DNA of 64,000 nucleotides from the NCBI GenBank assembly GCA_004764695.1, contig SMSO01000035.1, forward strand, positions 3,484,040 through 3,548,039, given 5' to 3'. The notes below the pieces were generated by a model. That model made no database searches, had not been told where the DNA came from, and saw only the letters and a program-made list of their open reading frames with translations. Position 1 is the first letter of the stretch; each line of letters starts with the position of its first letter. The DNA is from Schizochytrium sp. TIO01 (taxonomy: Eukaryota; Protista; Bigyra: Labyrinthulomycetes). This document shows, piece after piece, positions 1 to 11,451 of this stretch. A program made the position numbers and the translations under genes.

Positions 1-331
1 AGTTTAAAGACAGAACATCTTCGTAGGACATGAAGCAGACGAATAAATTAAAATGGAAGTATTGAAATGGAAAGTTTCATTATGTTAAGAAGGTGTAATG
101 AATTTTAGAGAACCCTGCAAGCTCTAGGAAAGGTCATGATGCTTTGCTTTACATTATGCAATTGCCCTAGTAGATTTAGAATTTGTGTGACATCGAAGGA
201 ATCGTTTAAGAAAATAAAAAGGGGGAAAACAAAACGCCAGTATGGCACGGTAGCTCTCTATATAAGAGTATCTCCCATGCGACCGAGACCACGCGATGTA
301 TCTCGAGTTTGTTTGGTTTGTTTTCTTGCAA

Positions 332-3247
332 TTATGTGGACTCCTCATAATCAATGGCCCAAAGCTCCAAGGCTTCAACAGCAAATGTCTGCTCTCCTGC
401 AAGCAGCGTCCGTGCTTCCTCACTGCCACGTGGCGCGCCAACACCAAAGCTATGTTCTAGATCGGATGTGCAGACAGTGAAGTTATCACGCAAAACAAGA
501 TCCCTAGTACCGAACTGCATGACAGATGTGTTTGACTTGCATACAGCAAATGGACGGCGCAACTCCCCGATAGTTTCATCATCCAAGTCACTCAAGTCAT
601 CAATGTAGTCCTCATCGGGAGGAGGTGGGTGGGCTTCCCGGCCTTGGAAGGGAACCTTGATATCAAGGCTGACAGAAAACAGAAAAGATTTAGCAGTGCC
701 AAAACTATGACCGTCTCCACGCCAAGGTTCGTCCACAAACCCACCAAAAATACGACCGTTTGCTTTAATGATGAGCATGGTTTTGGTGTCCACCAGGATG
801 TACTTGGGTTTTCTCGAGCGAGATTCGGTGGCTCCAAGTTCATCTTCGTCTTCATCCTCGTCTGCTTCCGAATATCTTGGGTTCCGTTGTGAAGGCAGAC
901 GATTAATCAAGGCCTCTACAGAGCGCTCTGGGTCATCCCAGGTAGCATACAAAAGCCTCGTGGCAGGTGGTTCACGACGACGATTAAAAGGTACACTGAG
1001 CAAGAGCGACTGACCTTCAGAGAAGACCTTCGGAACTTTTCGCTTAGGTGGGTCCTTTCTGCGGCGGGCCTTACGACGGCGGCCTTCGCTGTCCTCTTCA
1101 TCATCTTCCTGCTGGCGTTCTTCTTCTTCCTCCTCTTCACCAAGTTTGGCCAGCTCTGCTTCGGTGTCAGGATGTTCCAGCAGTCTAGATTCTTCAAATG
1201 CACGCTCCGCCATGCGAAGGGAATCACGGTCGCTTACAGCGAGTTGGCGCAGTCTCCGAACAGCCTCAGCACGCAATGAATACTGTGCATATTTAGGAGG
1301 GGTTGATTTAGACATAAATGTGAACGAGATTGATTGTGGAGGCGCCGGAGCAGTCGCTACAAGCTGATTTGATGCCACGCCTTCGTCGTCACTCTGTGCA
1401 TCACTTTGAAGTGAAGCTGGGCTGAAGAGCATCGATTTTGCTTGCTCCAAGCTTGGTGTATTGCCCAAGTCCGTTAGTGGAGGTGGCACAGCAGCAGATG
1501 CTTGCGGTGTGGCTGCATTAGACTCGGCCGACTTTTGTTCATAGCTTGTGAGTTCCTGGTTTCCGTTTTCTGCAGGGCTGGTGCTCGTGCTGTTTGTCTC
1601 TGGTGCGGTTTGGGGAGACGCTGCTGCTTGAGGGGATTCAAGGTTGAGTGTCTGCATCAAAGACTGAATCTGCTCTTGCCCACGAGTCATTTGCGAGGGG
1701 CGCCTTGATGCATTCTGGGCTGAGCTTCCATTACCCGGTGTCTCACCAGAAAATTGCTGCTGTAATTGTTGTGGTTGTTGTTGTTGCTGCTGGTGCTGGT
1801 GCTGGAATTGTTGCTGTTGGTAGTAGGGTTGTTGCTGTTGCTGTTGCTGTTGTTGTTGTTGGGGTTGCTGATAGTTCTGAAAAGGGTTTTGATCCTGGTG
1901 CATGGTGTAGTCAGGGGTTGCCCTCGCTGCATGCTGTTGACGTTCGAGAGCGGACCGGCTTTGGATTTGCACTCCTCCAGAGAGTTCAAGATCGGCTGTA
2001 ATACCTTCAAGCACAGTGGCAGTGCGGAGCGAGTTTCTAGCAAGATCTGCCCGAAGCTGTACATGACACTTCCAGCCATTAAGAAAGTCAACTTGTGATG
2101 CGCCTTCGCGCTGGAGGTCGAGGTATGCCTCCATCCACTCCATTTGTTGGAGCTGGCGGCGTAATTCAACCTCTTCTGCAAGAAGACTGCTCATTTTATT
2201 TTGAGTAATGTCCTGTAGACGAAAGAGAGCCTCCTGAAGCATCTTATAAATGCGCTCTTCAACCATCGCTGCATTGCGGTTGACATCACGCAACTTTGCA
2301 TCTACAGCACGAAGCTGCGATTTGATTTCCTCTTGACGGACCGCTAGAATTGGGTCTACTTTAAGGCTTTCGTTGACAGCTGATTCGTATGCATCACCGA
2401 TTCCAATGAGTTTATGCTGCGCGAGTTTGCCGGAAGAATGCGATCCAACCATTTTATCGCGTACGCTTACTGGCACATACAAAATTGGGTCGAAGAAATC
2501 GTGTCTGTCGTAGAGCTTATCGATCGATGCTGGCGTGCGATCATCAATGCGGTTTGCAGCGCCAAAGTCAGTTTCGGAGTTACGTCCATCAGGGTCGATA
2601 AAAAACTGCACAAGATACATTGGCAGGGCCTGTTGTGCGTCCATCACAGTATAATCATGTCTGTATCCGAAGCCTCCGTCAGGAGCGTCTCCAGCACCGT
2701 CGATGCTTGTAGATAATGCTAAATATAGGGAGTCATATCCCTCGGGAACGACAGTTTGTTCACTGGGGTCGTCAACCACAAAAGCTCTTCCTACGCCGAC
2801 TTGACAAAGCAAAAATCGGTGTGCAGTACCTTCATTTGGGTCGAGGTCAAGATCTCCAGTCGTAAACGTCATACCGTCTCCTGAATTCGGCAGTGTAAAT
2901 CCTTTAGAATGCAAGCTTTCGAGCGTGTTAAGCTCATTAAGTCTGCGAGTGCTCAGCCACGCAGGAACGCACTGCATCCCGCGAGTTCTGCGCTCAAACT
3001 GCACAGCTTGGTGCGCATTTCCCAAGTGCCATACGCACACATCTGTCAGTGCAAAGTTGCGAGTGCACATTTGCAAGAGGTATTCCACGCGCTTAAACTC
3101 GTCGCTTTTCTCAGAAAGAGGTGTGGCAGCACTGGCAGGTCCTCTGCTTGCGGCCTGCTGCCGCATGCCTCCGGCTACGCTTCCAGAGCTTAAGCTCATC
3201 GCTCCCGACCTCGAAGGGCCTCGAGCTCCTGCTCCTCGAGCGTCCAT
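332..3247 (-). CDS. Multidomain protein: PARP-like (ADP-ribosyltransferase fold, probably inactive) domain, degenerate B-box, coiled coil, Q-rich linker, C-terminal TLDc domain (~971 aa)
   Basis: Single long ORF. The first ATG is at 3247 (the track's 3295 start is GTG). PARP-like motifs: FLLCQVGVGRAF, VPEGYDSLY, DYTVMDAQQALPMYLVQF. TLDc motifs: RLLY, MLIIKANGRIFGGF, FGTAKSFLFS, LAGEQTFAVEALELW. Confidence 0.88.
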   Translation of the reverse strand: MDARGAGARGPSRSGAMSLSSGSVAGGMRQQAASRGPASAATPLSEKSDEFKRVEYLLQMCTRNFALTDVCVWHLGNAHQAVQFERRTRGMQCVPAWLSTRRLNELNTLESLHSKGFTLPNSGDGMTFTTGDLDLDPNEGTAHRFLLCQVGVGRAFVVDDPSEQTVVPEGYDSLYLALSTSIDGAGDAPDGGFGYRHDYTVMDAQQALPMYLVQFFIDPDGRNSETDFGAANRIDDRTPASIDKLYDRHDFFDPILYVPVSVRDKMVGSHSSGKLAQHKLIGIGDAYESAVNESLKVDPILAVRQEEIKSQLRAVDAKLRDVNRNAAMVEERIYKMLQEALFRLQDITQNKMSSLLAEEVELRRQLQQMEWMEAYLDLQREGASQVDFLNGWKCHVQLRADLARNSLRTATVLEGITADLELSGGVQIQSRSALERQQHAARATPDYTMHQDQNPFQNYQQPQQQQQQQQQQQPYYQQQQFQHQHQQQQQQPQQLQQQFSGETPGNGSSAQNASRRPSQMTRGQEQIQSLMQTLNLESPQAAASPQTAPETNSTSTSPAENGNQELTSYEQKSAESNAATPQASAAVPPPLTDLGNTPSLEQAKSMLFSPASLQSDAQSDDEGVASNQLVATAPAPPQSISFTFMSKSTPPKYAQYSLRAEAVRRLRQLAVSDRDSLRMAERAFEESRLLEHPDTEAELAKLGEEEEEEERQQEDDEEDSEGRRRKARRRKDPPKRKVPKVFSEGQSLLLSVPFNRRREPPATRLLYATWDDPERSVEALINRLPSQRNPRYSEADEDEDEDELGATESRSRKPKYILVDTKTMLIIKANGRIFGGFVDEPWRGDGHSFGTAKSFLFSVSLDIKVPFQGREAHPPPPDEDYIDDLSDLDDETIGELRRPFAVCKSNTSVMQFGTRDLVLRDNFTVCTSDLEHSFGVGAPRGSEEARTLLAGEQTFAVEALELWAIDYEEST

Positions 3248-3605
3248 TTTCCAGCTGGCCACTCCAAAGACAGCCACAGAAAGAGCAGAAACCACGCCAA
3301 CAAAGAGCCACGAAGGATGTAAGGATGCGCGTGCACCTGACGAACGAACTTGTGCTCTTTCACCACGTCACCGAAGAGTCAAGAGGCCTCAAGAAGCGCG
3401 AGTCGCAAACAAGGACCGCCGCAGGAAAGAGCGTCTCTCCGCCTGCGTCGTCCTCGCGGACAGCGCAGCGCAAAGTCCACGCCAAACGTGCTCTGCTGCA
3501 AGTGAGCTTTGCTTTACTTTGCGTTGCTGTGCTGTGCTGTGCTTTTGTTGTTGTTGTTGTTGTTTCTACTTTCATGTAAAATTCTAACTAGAAAAGAGAA
3601 GGGAC

Positions 3606-3606
<1 letters not shown>

Positions 3607-3648
<42 letters not shown>
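3607..3648. repeat. (TTA)14 microsatellite
   Basis: Perfect trinucleotide run just upstream of the TLDc gene leader. Confidence 0.95.
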
Positions 3649-3649
<1 letters not shown>

Positions 3650-4740
3650 GAATTTCTTTGTGTACAATTGATTGATCAATTTCTGGACAATGGTGAATAT
3701 GATTGCAATCAGAGCCTGGTCTTCGGTCCTTAATGTTGTTCTCCTGTCCCTGCTATCGACACTGTGACCCGAGATGAGCTACGGCGCCTCAAGACCACGT
3801 CCATTTCAACTCAATCATTGATGTCAATCTCATCTCAAAGAAATCTGTATAACAGGAACACCCACTTTGGTACGTTCTGCCCCCGATCAAAGGCACCTTC
3901 AGCTGCGATCAATGGCAATTCATTTTGCCCCAATCCTTCGAATTACGGGCATAATAAATTGCTGCTGCAAGCGATCTGCTTAGTGACTTCGACCCTGCAT
4001 GGCGCAGAAGCACCTCAGGACCTTGACATGATATGGTCTATGGAAGAGAAGAGTGCAATCACAGCGGAGTGCGATGTGCTTTCTATGATTGTGCGCTTCC
4101 GATATTTTGCATGTGAGGAGGGGCAGCGGGGGTGTTTTCACAACGTAAACACCAATGTAAACATTACTACCCCTACAGGGGACCGTTTTATGAGGCTGTT
4201 ATTAGAACTCATGCGGGTCAGTCAGTCAGTCAACCAATTCCTGTTGACGAACTGCCCCTGCAATAGAATTTATGCTGCTGGTGCATGAAATCAAAGAAGA
4301 GGTCCAAGCCAGCTAGCTGGTGACGAAAGTTGGTATAAGCGAGCGTCGATTCCGCCGCCTTGACGCAGTTCCTGGGTCGTTTTTCCCATCACAGATATTG
4401 CTGCACAAGGAACTTGCCCGGGACCGTAGTATACTAGTTTTATATTAAGAACTTTGGCGGCAGCTTATTGATCATCACTTCTAAACCACAAATACGAGGA
4501 GCCATAATACTTGTCTGAAGGTAGGCCCTTGTATGCATGCAAGTACCCTCGCCCACTTAGTGTTATTACTAGGCCTGTTACTTACCTATTGTTTTATCAC
4601 TGTCTGTATATGAGATGTAATTGCGGAGTATGCACTTTTTTTCTCTTTCTGCCTTTGAGATTGTTTCAAGAGGGGGCGTGTTCTTCATAAGTGATGGTGG
4701 TCCTTGAGAAATATCGCAGGGCGCACAGCTCGAGCGAGGT

Positions 4741-4811
4741 GCTTTCGTAGTTCAATGGTAGAACGTCACGTTGTGGCCGTGACGACCGTGGTTCGATTCC
4801 GCGCGAAGGCA
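4741..4811 (+). tRNA. trnH: tRNA-His (anticodon GTG)
   Basis: Cloverleaf: acceptor stem GCTTTCG/CGAAGGC plus discriminator A; D arm GTTC-AATGGTA-GAAC; anticodon arm TCACG-TTGTGGC-CGTGA; T arm CGTGG-TTCGATT-CCGCG. No intron, no encoded CCA. Confidence 0.95.
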
Positions 4812-4846
4812 TATGAGCAATTCAGAATCATGAAAGGTTCTGTAAC

Positions 4847-4853
4847 TTTTTTT
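4847..4853 (+). terminator. Probable RNA polymerase III terminator (T7 run) for tRNA-His
   Basis: First long T run, about 35 nt after the tRNA 3' end. Confidence 0.6.
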
Positions 4854-5269
4854 CTTCGACCAACTCCCAAAAACCCAGAAACCCAAAAGCTCAAATGTCC
4901 AAAAGTTGGTGGCTACAATCTTATTGTAGTTTGCAAATGAAGTAAACAATTAGGTAGGCAGTGCCTCCCAAAGTTGGCATTTATTTATTTTTAGGTATTG
5001 AGTATTTGGGAATGTAACTTGTAACTTATTCTTGAAGGAGACTTTCTGCATCGGTGGCAGAGGTGGTTGACTGGTCGTGGTAAGCGGATAGAAAAGAGAC
5101 GCGCTTAGGCATTGAGCAAGGATGGAAAGAATAGTTGCAGCAATGAGGACTGTATCCATCTTCAAGTGGTCATGATAGTATTACCAGAGACAGGATACGA
5201 TGTTGTGAATCTCCGTCGGGTCTTCTTCAATTTCTTTTAAGTGAGGAACTACGTCACCATATGATTGTT

Positions 5270-5880
5270 GAATGCAATGATCATAGCCATACAGGTTACG
5301 ATATTTCTTGTGAAATGAAGTGCTTGCATGAAATTAATGATCAATCAATTGGCTAATCTTCATCATTGATGCACTGGTTGTTATCTGATTAAATCTGAAC
5401 TCGAGAAATCCTACCAGTGGATTTGTAGAAAGTGCTGTGATAGAGTGATAGAGTCTTTAGAAGGTACTGTGGATCAAAGTGATGCGTGTGGAGCTAATTC
5501 TAATTTATTTATGGTATTTGGGTATGGTAAAAAGAGAACCCCCCCCCCCCCCCCGCGACGACTACTGTCCTTTCAGCGGCAGATCGTCCGAGATCCACGC
5601 GTACGAAGGCGAGTAATCTGACCAACCAAGTTGAACCAACCAACCAACGAGAAAAGACTTTCCCCCCAAACGATGTAATCTATTATTGGAGTACCCCTTA
5701 TGTAAATATATTAGAAATGGATTTGCACAATATATTCCCATGCTTGATACCATTTTTCAATGCATAGTAAGCAGTATGCTTTACATTTGATACTCGAGGC
5801 GAATAATTTGTACCTAGCATAGCCCTTACCACTCCAAACAATAAGTTACACATCGAGTCATCAATAAAAAATGAAATATC
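5270..5880 (-). mobile_element. Highly decayed Penelope-like retroelement reverse transcriptase fragment
   Basis: Manual translation across frameshifts and stops gives VVRAMLGTNY...YYALKNGI/SMGIYCA/SISNIF (like the PLE motif QxxGxxMGxxxAPxxANI), then VGFLEFRF...STSFHKKYRNLYGY (like FLD...YxKxxNxYxY) in the expected order. No YxDD seen; a C16 run and GC-rich stretch lie in between. Confidence 0.4.
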
Positions 5881-6357
5881 TTTATGATGTATCTTATGGA
5901 GGTGGAATATGTCATCAAGGTTGTGACTAGACTACTTTCTTCCTTGTTAAATTTGATAACCCCCTCCCTCACTATTTTCAGTATGCACTCACATAGGATA
6001 GGTTATTATTAGAAGCTAAAGAAATTTCTTAGTAAATAATCAAATGATCGCGAGAAAGATGGATAGTATCGAATTAAGCAAGATATAGTTTTGTTTAACA
6101 AAATGAGTTTTCATGTCATAAGTTTTTTGAAAAAGTTGGTAAGTCATTCATTTCTGAAAGCTGAGGCCGAGGATAATGCAGGGCACGAAGGATTAATAAA
6201 TGGAAAGTGAAGGAAGATAGGAAGTAACGCAAAGGATCATGAATTTGGTAAAATCAATCAAAGAGTTCTTGGTTTGAATACAGCGATAGTCACAAGTTTG
6301 TCAGGTCTGTGCGATATATTTCTGTCAGTCAAAACTGTCAGTAAAAAGATAATAAAA

Positions 6358-9300
6358 TTACTCTTGTAGCTGCGACGAAGTCGAGGCCGTGCCTCGTTTA
6401 AGGCTCTCTATGCGCCATTTAATGGTATACCACGACCTGTGAGGCAACTCCTTTTGGATCGTTGCCCACCGATTACCATGGCGTGCATGAGCATCAAGAA
6501 CGAGCTTGTCCTCGTCACTAGTCCAAGGTCCATTCTTCAGTTCAGGGTCAAGTCGTGAGAGATAGCGGTCGCGGCACTGTTTGCCTGTACGACCGGGAAT
6601 GATAGTGGCAACCACACGCCACTTCTTGCCATGTTCCGCTACAGCCTTACGAAGATTTTCATCCTCCTCCATCGTCCACTTGCCCTTGCGGATATCTGGA
6701 TGCAAGGCTTTAAGCCACCGCTGTGAGCACTGGTTCGCAGTTTTGCCAGGGATGAGGTCGGCAACCTTAGCCCAGTGCTTCGGTCCCATATCCTGTACAG
6801 CGCGAATTAATGTCTTATCCTCTTCATCGGTCCATGCACGACGGTAGAAAACCTTCGTGGCCGAGGCACCTTCCGCGCCATCGTCAGTATCCGCTCCAGG
6901 CTTGTCGCTTGCTGCCACATTTCGAGCAAAAGCCACTTCTGCATCCGATGCCGACGACGTTTCCCTTCTCGGAAACGGCTGCTGCTGTATTGCGTGCTCC
7001 GCTCCAACCGGTGCGCCGCCTTCCATAGCATAACGAGGTCTTTTACCTGGTTGAGCAGCATTGGGTGGAACTATCATGCCTGGCATGGGTTGAAAATGAC
7101 CATGCGCATGGGGTGGCGCCATGTGACCATGAGGCCACGGTGTTTGCTGCATGTGGGGATGGTAATGCATGGCTAGATGTGGAGGTGGATATGGGTAGTG
7201 CGGCATGTGGTGATAAGCTGCTACGGCAGCTGCATGGGGATGGAAACCCGGGTGAGGAGGCCAGTATGGTTGTGGCTGCTGTTGTTGCATCATATGCTGT
7301 TGATGGCGTTCATACGATAACGAAGGTTTCCCTCCCATGGGCGATACATTTGGTTGTAATGGGGATGGTTGTTGCTGATTCGAGGATGAATAGTCCTTTG
7401 GTGTGTCACTAATTTGTTGCGAGGCTGGAGATGGATACTCCACCTGCTGATTAGGTGCTAAATGCTCACGAGACTGCCCCCTAACTCCTGGCTCGTGGAG
7501 ACGCTTACGTTGGTGCGGGGGTTGGTACTGATCGGCATCTAAATTGTGTTGTGGTTGTACCTTTCTTCGACTGGACGTGTATTGCGAGTCGGCCCTCGAA
7601 GCGGAATCATTCGTAACAGACGAAGCGGCATGAGAGTGTGTAGAAGAAGCCGATGAAGAGGCAACTCTGCTTGGAGGCAAGTGTTGATGCTGATGTTGAG
7701 GCTGAATAACCTCTGATATAGCGGCAGGACCGTATGCGTTACTAACTGGGTGTGTATCTGTAGACATTCTACTTGGGGCTAACTGATCAATGTCAGAATT
7801 TTGCGCTTCTTCATCATTGTCATCATCTTCGTTGAGGTGTCTTTGAGGCTGTCGCATGTGTCGGCTTTGATGTTCCATTTGGCTTCCACCCTCGAGCGAC
7901 TCGTTAATATCGCCTCCTTGTAGGCCACCAACAATTCGCACAGAAGGTGAAGGCTTACTTTGACGCATTCGATCCTCAGGTTGATATGACGTTGGAGGGT
8001 CAGAGGGAAAACGTTGCTGCTGTTGCTGTTGTAGTGGATATGTGGAGTACTGCTGAGGGGTCATTGCAGGGTTTGGAGAGGAGTATTCTTCCCCTTGCTG
8101 CTGGCGTTGTTGACGTTGGCCGCGAATGCTAATTTGACTACTGACTCTATTCGATGCATGTGCATCGTCATTAATACTCCCAGACCAAGATGAAGACACA
8201 ACAGAGGAAGATGAAGACATTGAGGCAGATGATGAAGGTTGTGATTGTGATCCACGTTGAGACGTTGCTGTGGTTCCCCTTCTAGGTTGTGTTACCGGAG
8301 TCACCATTGTTGCTGTAGTTGCTGTTGGTGCTGAAGCCGCGCCTGAACTTTGACGTTGGCGCTGCGAGTGTAGTGGCACAGATGGTTGCGAGGGAGATTG
8401 AGAAGTGTGAGGTTGCTGATAATGGGATCCATACGATGCTTGTGCCGATGCTGGCTCAAATGCCTCCCGCAAGAATAAATTGAGATGCCTGAGCTCTGAG
8501 TCAGGATCAATCTCTTCGTCTACGTCACAATAGTCATCTTCAACATTAGAATTTGGGTAATAAGACTGTCGGTTCGCGCTCTGACTACTCGTATTTTCAT
8601 AACGATCGTCCGATACACTTCTGTTGTTAGAGCTAGGTGCAGGTCCATATCCACTCATTCCCTGGTTAAGGTGATTTTGATTGTTGTGATATTGTCGAGG
8701 TTGATGAGGATGGGGATGATCATGGTGCGGTTGCATATGCTGTGTGTGGTGAAGTCGAGGTTGGTGTACCCTTGAGTTTGTTTCTGAGGCATCATTCATT
8801 CTAATCCATCCCGGTTCGATGTCTCCAACTGCCATCGTCGTCGCCGTTTCCGGGTTGGAGTAGGCTGACTCGTTGTGTTGAATACTGCTTGTCTCTAAGA
8901 CAGCTCCGCGCACGGTTTTCGAGTGGCTAATCCCACGAGATTTGCCTAGATTCACTTTGGCTTCAACAGAGAAAGCACCACCACCAGTCAATCCTGCGTT
9001 CGAGGAGTTGATGTACTGGTGTTCGATCTTATCACCGGAGAAACCGCTGCTCGTCTCAATCTCCCCAAGTTCCGAAGCAAGAGCCACTACAGAATAAGTA
9101 GTGCCTGGCGTTCGCTTAGTGCTTCTACCACTGCTGCTTGCGCTGCCTTTTGACGAGTCCGATGATGTTGTTGTTGTTCTCCTTCGCCTTCGCCTTTTCT
9201 TCGATGCTGCTTGTGCTGCTGCTCGACTAGCGGGCTTGAGCAAAGTTGTATACGAGGTTACTGAGGATGCTCTTGTCTCCGATCCCCTGGTGTTTGCAGA

Positions 9301-9998
9301 TGGAGAGGAAGCTACCGAGTTGAGAGACCCGGACTTGTTGTCACCAGGAGCTTGTGGTCTGCTGGTGTTGCTACTTCTCACGCTGCCGCTCTCAGATTCC
9401 TTTCGAGAGTTTGGCGTTGCCTGGTAATTAACTTGATAGTTTGAAGATGAAGGTTTCTGCTGCCTCCTTGCCGAAGTAGTGTTTTGAACTGCAGTGTTCC
9501 CAGCGTTTCTCGAGCCACTTTGAGAATGCTTATTTAGATTATTGGAGGAACCTCTGGTTTGACTTTTGGTGTTGTTGCTGTTGTTTCGGACTTCCGAGTT
9601 TGAGGGGTGGTGCCCGAGGAATTCTTTGGGGTTGCCACTGCCACTACCGTTGCTGTTGTTGTGATTGAGATTGGAAGAGGCGCCGGTACTGGTGACGGTT
9701 TCCTGAAGTATTAAGTTCGGTCGTTCACCTGGTGTCGCACCCAACAGCAGCTCGCGCTGGTATACAGATGAAGGTCTGCTGTCAAGTTGTTGTTGTTGTT
9801 GCTGCTGCTGCTGTTGCAAAGAGTATTGAGGTTGTGGTTGTTGTTGAAGCGTGGAGGGGTGCGACAGAAGCTGCTGTCCTAGTTGGTCCCTATGCGCGTC
9901 GAAAACAGCGTCGAGCTGGTCCCTATCAAAGAGTTCTGCGGAGTCTCTTCCTCCGCTGCTTACTGCACTGGCAAGTTCCAGTTCCAAGTCGTCTTCTT

Positions 9999-10033
<35 letters not shown>

Positions 10034-10824
10034 TCTGACGGTCCCGCTGTAAAAGGCGATACTCTTCTCAAACTATCGTACGCCGACGCGAGCACGCTGG
10101 CAGACTTGCTCAGGGCCTCCCTTGCCCCGTTGCGGCTGCCTGCGCTGTTGGCAGCTCTGGAGCGTGTCTGCTGCAGCTGCCGCTGTTGCTGTTCCCTTGC
10201 AGCTCGCTGTCTTTGCGTTGACGCGGAGCTGCAGCTTTGCTCGCTCCGCCGCTTCGAATTCTCCTCCACGCCAACACTTCTCTGCTCTTCTTGTTCTTCT
10301 CCTTCTTGCCGCTGCTGTTGCTGCTGTTCTGGTTCTCTTCGCAGGCGCTCCCGCTGTACCACTTGTGCTCGATCGCCCTTGCTGACTGCCCTGCGAGCAG
10401 CTCCAGGGTCAACGCCTTTTCCCGTTCTGCAGTTCCCGACCCCACCGCCTCTGGGCCTGCCTCCAGAGCCGCTGCTCTGCCTGACCGCGCCTCCAGAGCC
10501 GGCCGCCGTTTGAGCTTCTCTTCGCGCGGCCTCCGAGTTCTGCGCGGCGCTCAGAGATCTTCTCCGAGGCTGCGAAGGCGTTGGCGCACCACCGTGGTCA
10601 TGGCAGCCGGCGTTCCTCCCGCGGTGCTCAGCGACCACCAACGCTGCGGGGTGCACACCAACACCTCCTCCACCGCCACCGCTGCTGCTGCCGCTGGCCC
10701 CCCCCGCAGGCGATGCAGCCTGTGGGGGTTGAGGGGCGCCGCCGCCTCTGCTGCTGCTGCTGCTGCTGCCTGTTCCGAGAGGCCGGCTGCGCTTGCGGGT
10801 GCCCCGCTGCGGGGTCTCGCCCAT
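6358..10824 (-). CDS. Three-repeat (R1R2R3-type) MYB transcription factor, long low-complexity N-terminus, C-terminal MYB domain (1488 aa from ATG 10824; 825 aa from the alternative ATG 8835)
   Basis: Uninterrupted ORF. Three tandem Myb repeats at about 6395-6850 (WTDEED...W...QCSQRW; KGKWTMEED...W...GRTGKQCRDRY; GPWTSDED...HGNRWA). The track's start at 10869 is GTG; the first ATG is 10824 and the next in-frame ATG is 8835. True start uncertain. Confidence 0.9.
10551..10601 (-). other. Short out-of-frame ORF (16 aa, MTTVVRQRLRSLGEDL), candidate uORF for the 8835 start
   Basis: Begins at one of only two minus-strand ATGs between 8836 and 18373; context gccATGa; TGA at 10551-10553. Confidence 0.35.
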
Positions 10825-11451
10825 ACCGCGCCTGCTGCCGCGCCTTTCTGCGGGTGCCCTGCGTCTCACTTGAGCCCTGAGCTGAGCTGAGGGTTCCCTC
10901 AGTAGCCTTATCCTGGGCCTTATCGTCTGCGCCTTTTGGTTGTTCCTCGTGCGTTCCCTCGCTCTTCTCTACCACAAGCCTTCGTTAATGGCCCCACACC
11001 TCTTCCTCCTTCTCCACTGGCCACTTGCCCACCTACTAAAGTATTGGAAGCTGAGTGACCTTTACCCAGTGGACACGGACGGACAGCCCTACTGTGTCCC
11101 CACCTGTGCTCTATGCTTCAGATTTCGCAGCCGCGGGAACCCGTCTTTGGATCCAGCTGGAAGCTGCGCAAAGCCGACGAGCACGCTTTCCTTTCTTGTG
11201 GTCCTGCCTTTTCCTTCTTTTCCTTCTTCGCCTTCTTTTTGCTTTCCTGTGCTGCTCTGCTCTTTCTCCTTTCTTGAGCTCGCTTTCTTCGCGGCTCCCT
11301 CACTGACTTCCTCCCTTCCTTCCTTGCTTGCTTGCTTCCTCTTTGTTTCTTTCTTTGTGGTGGAAAGCTTTCTCGCCAGCAAGTGGAGCACAGGACCAGC
11401 CAGGCTAGGCACACAGGTCACGACCGCCGCCAGCCTCGCGATGGTGCTGCT

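Noticed and set aside
3764-4288. 174-aa ORF with faint likeness (TRDELRRL) to PLE C-terminal helices
   Set aside because: GTG start, no convincing motif; similarity too weak to call.
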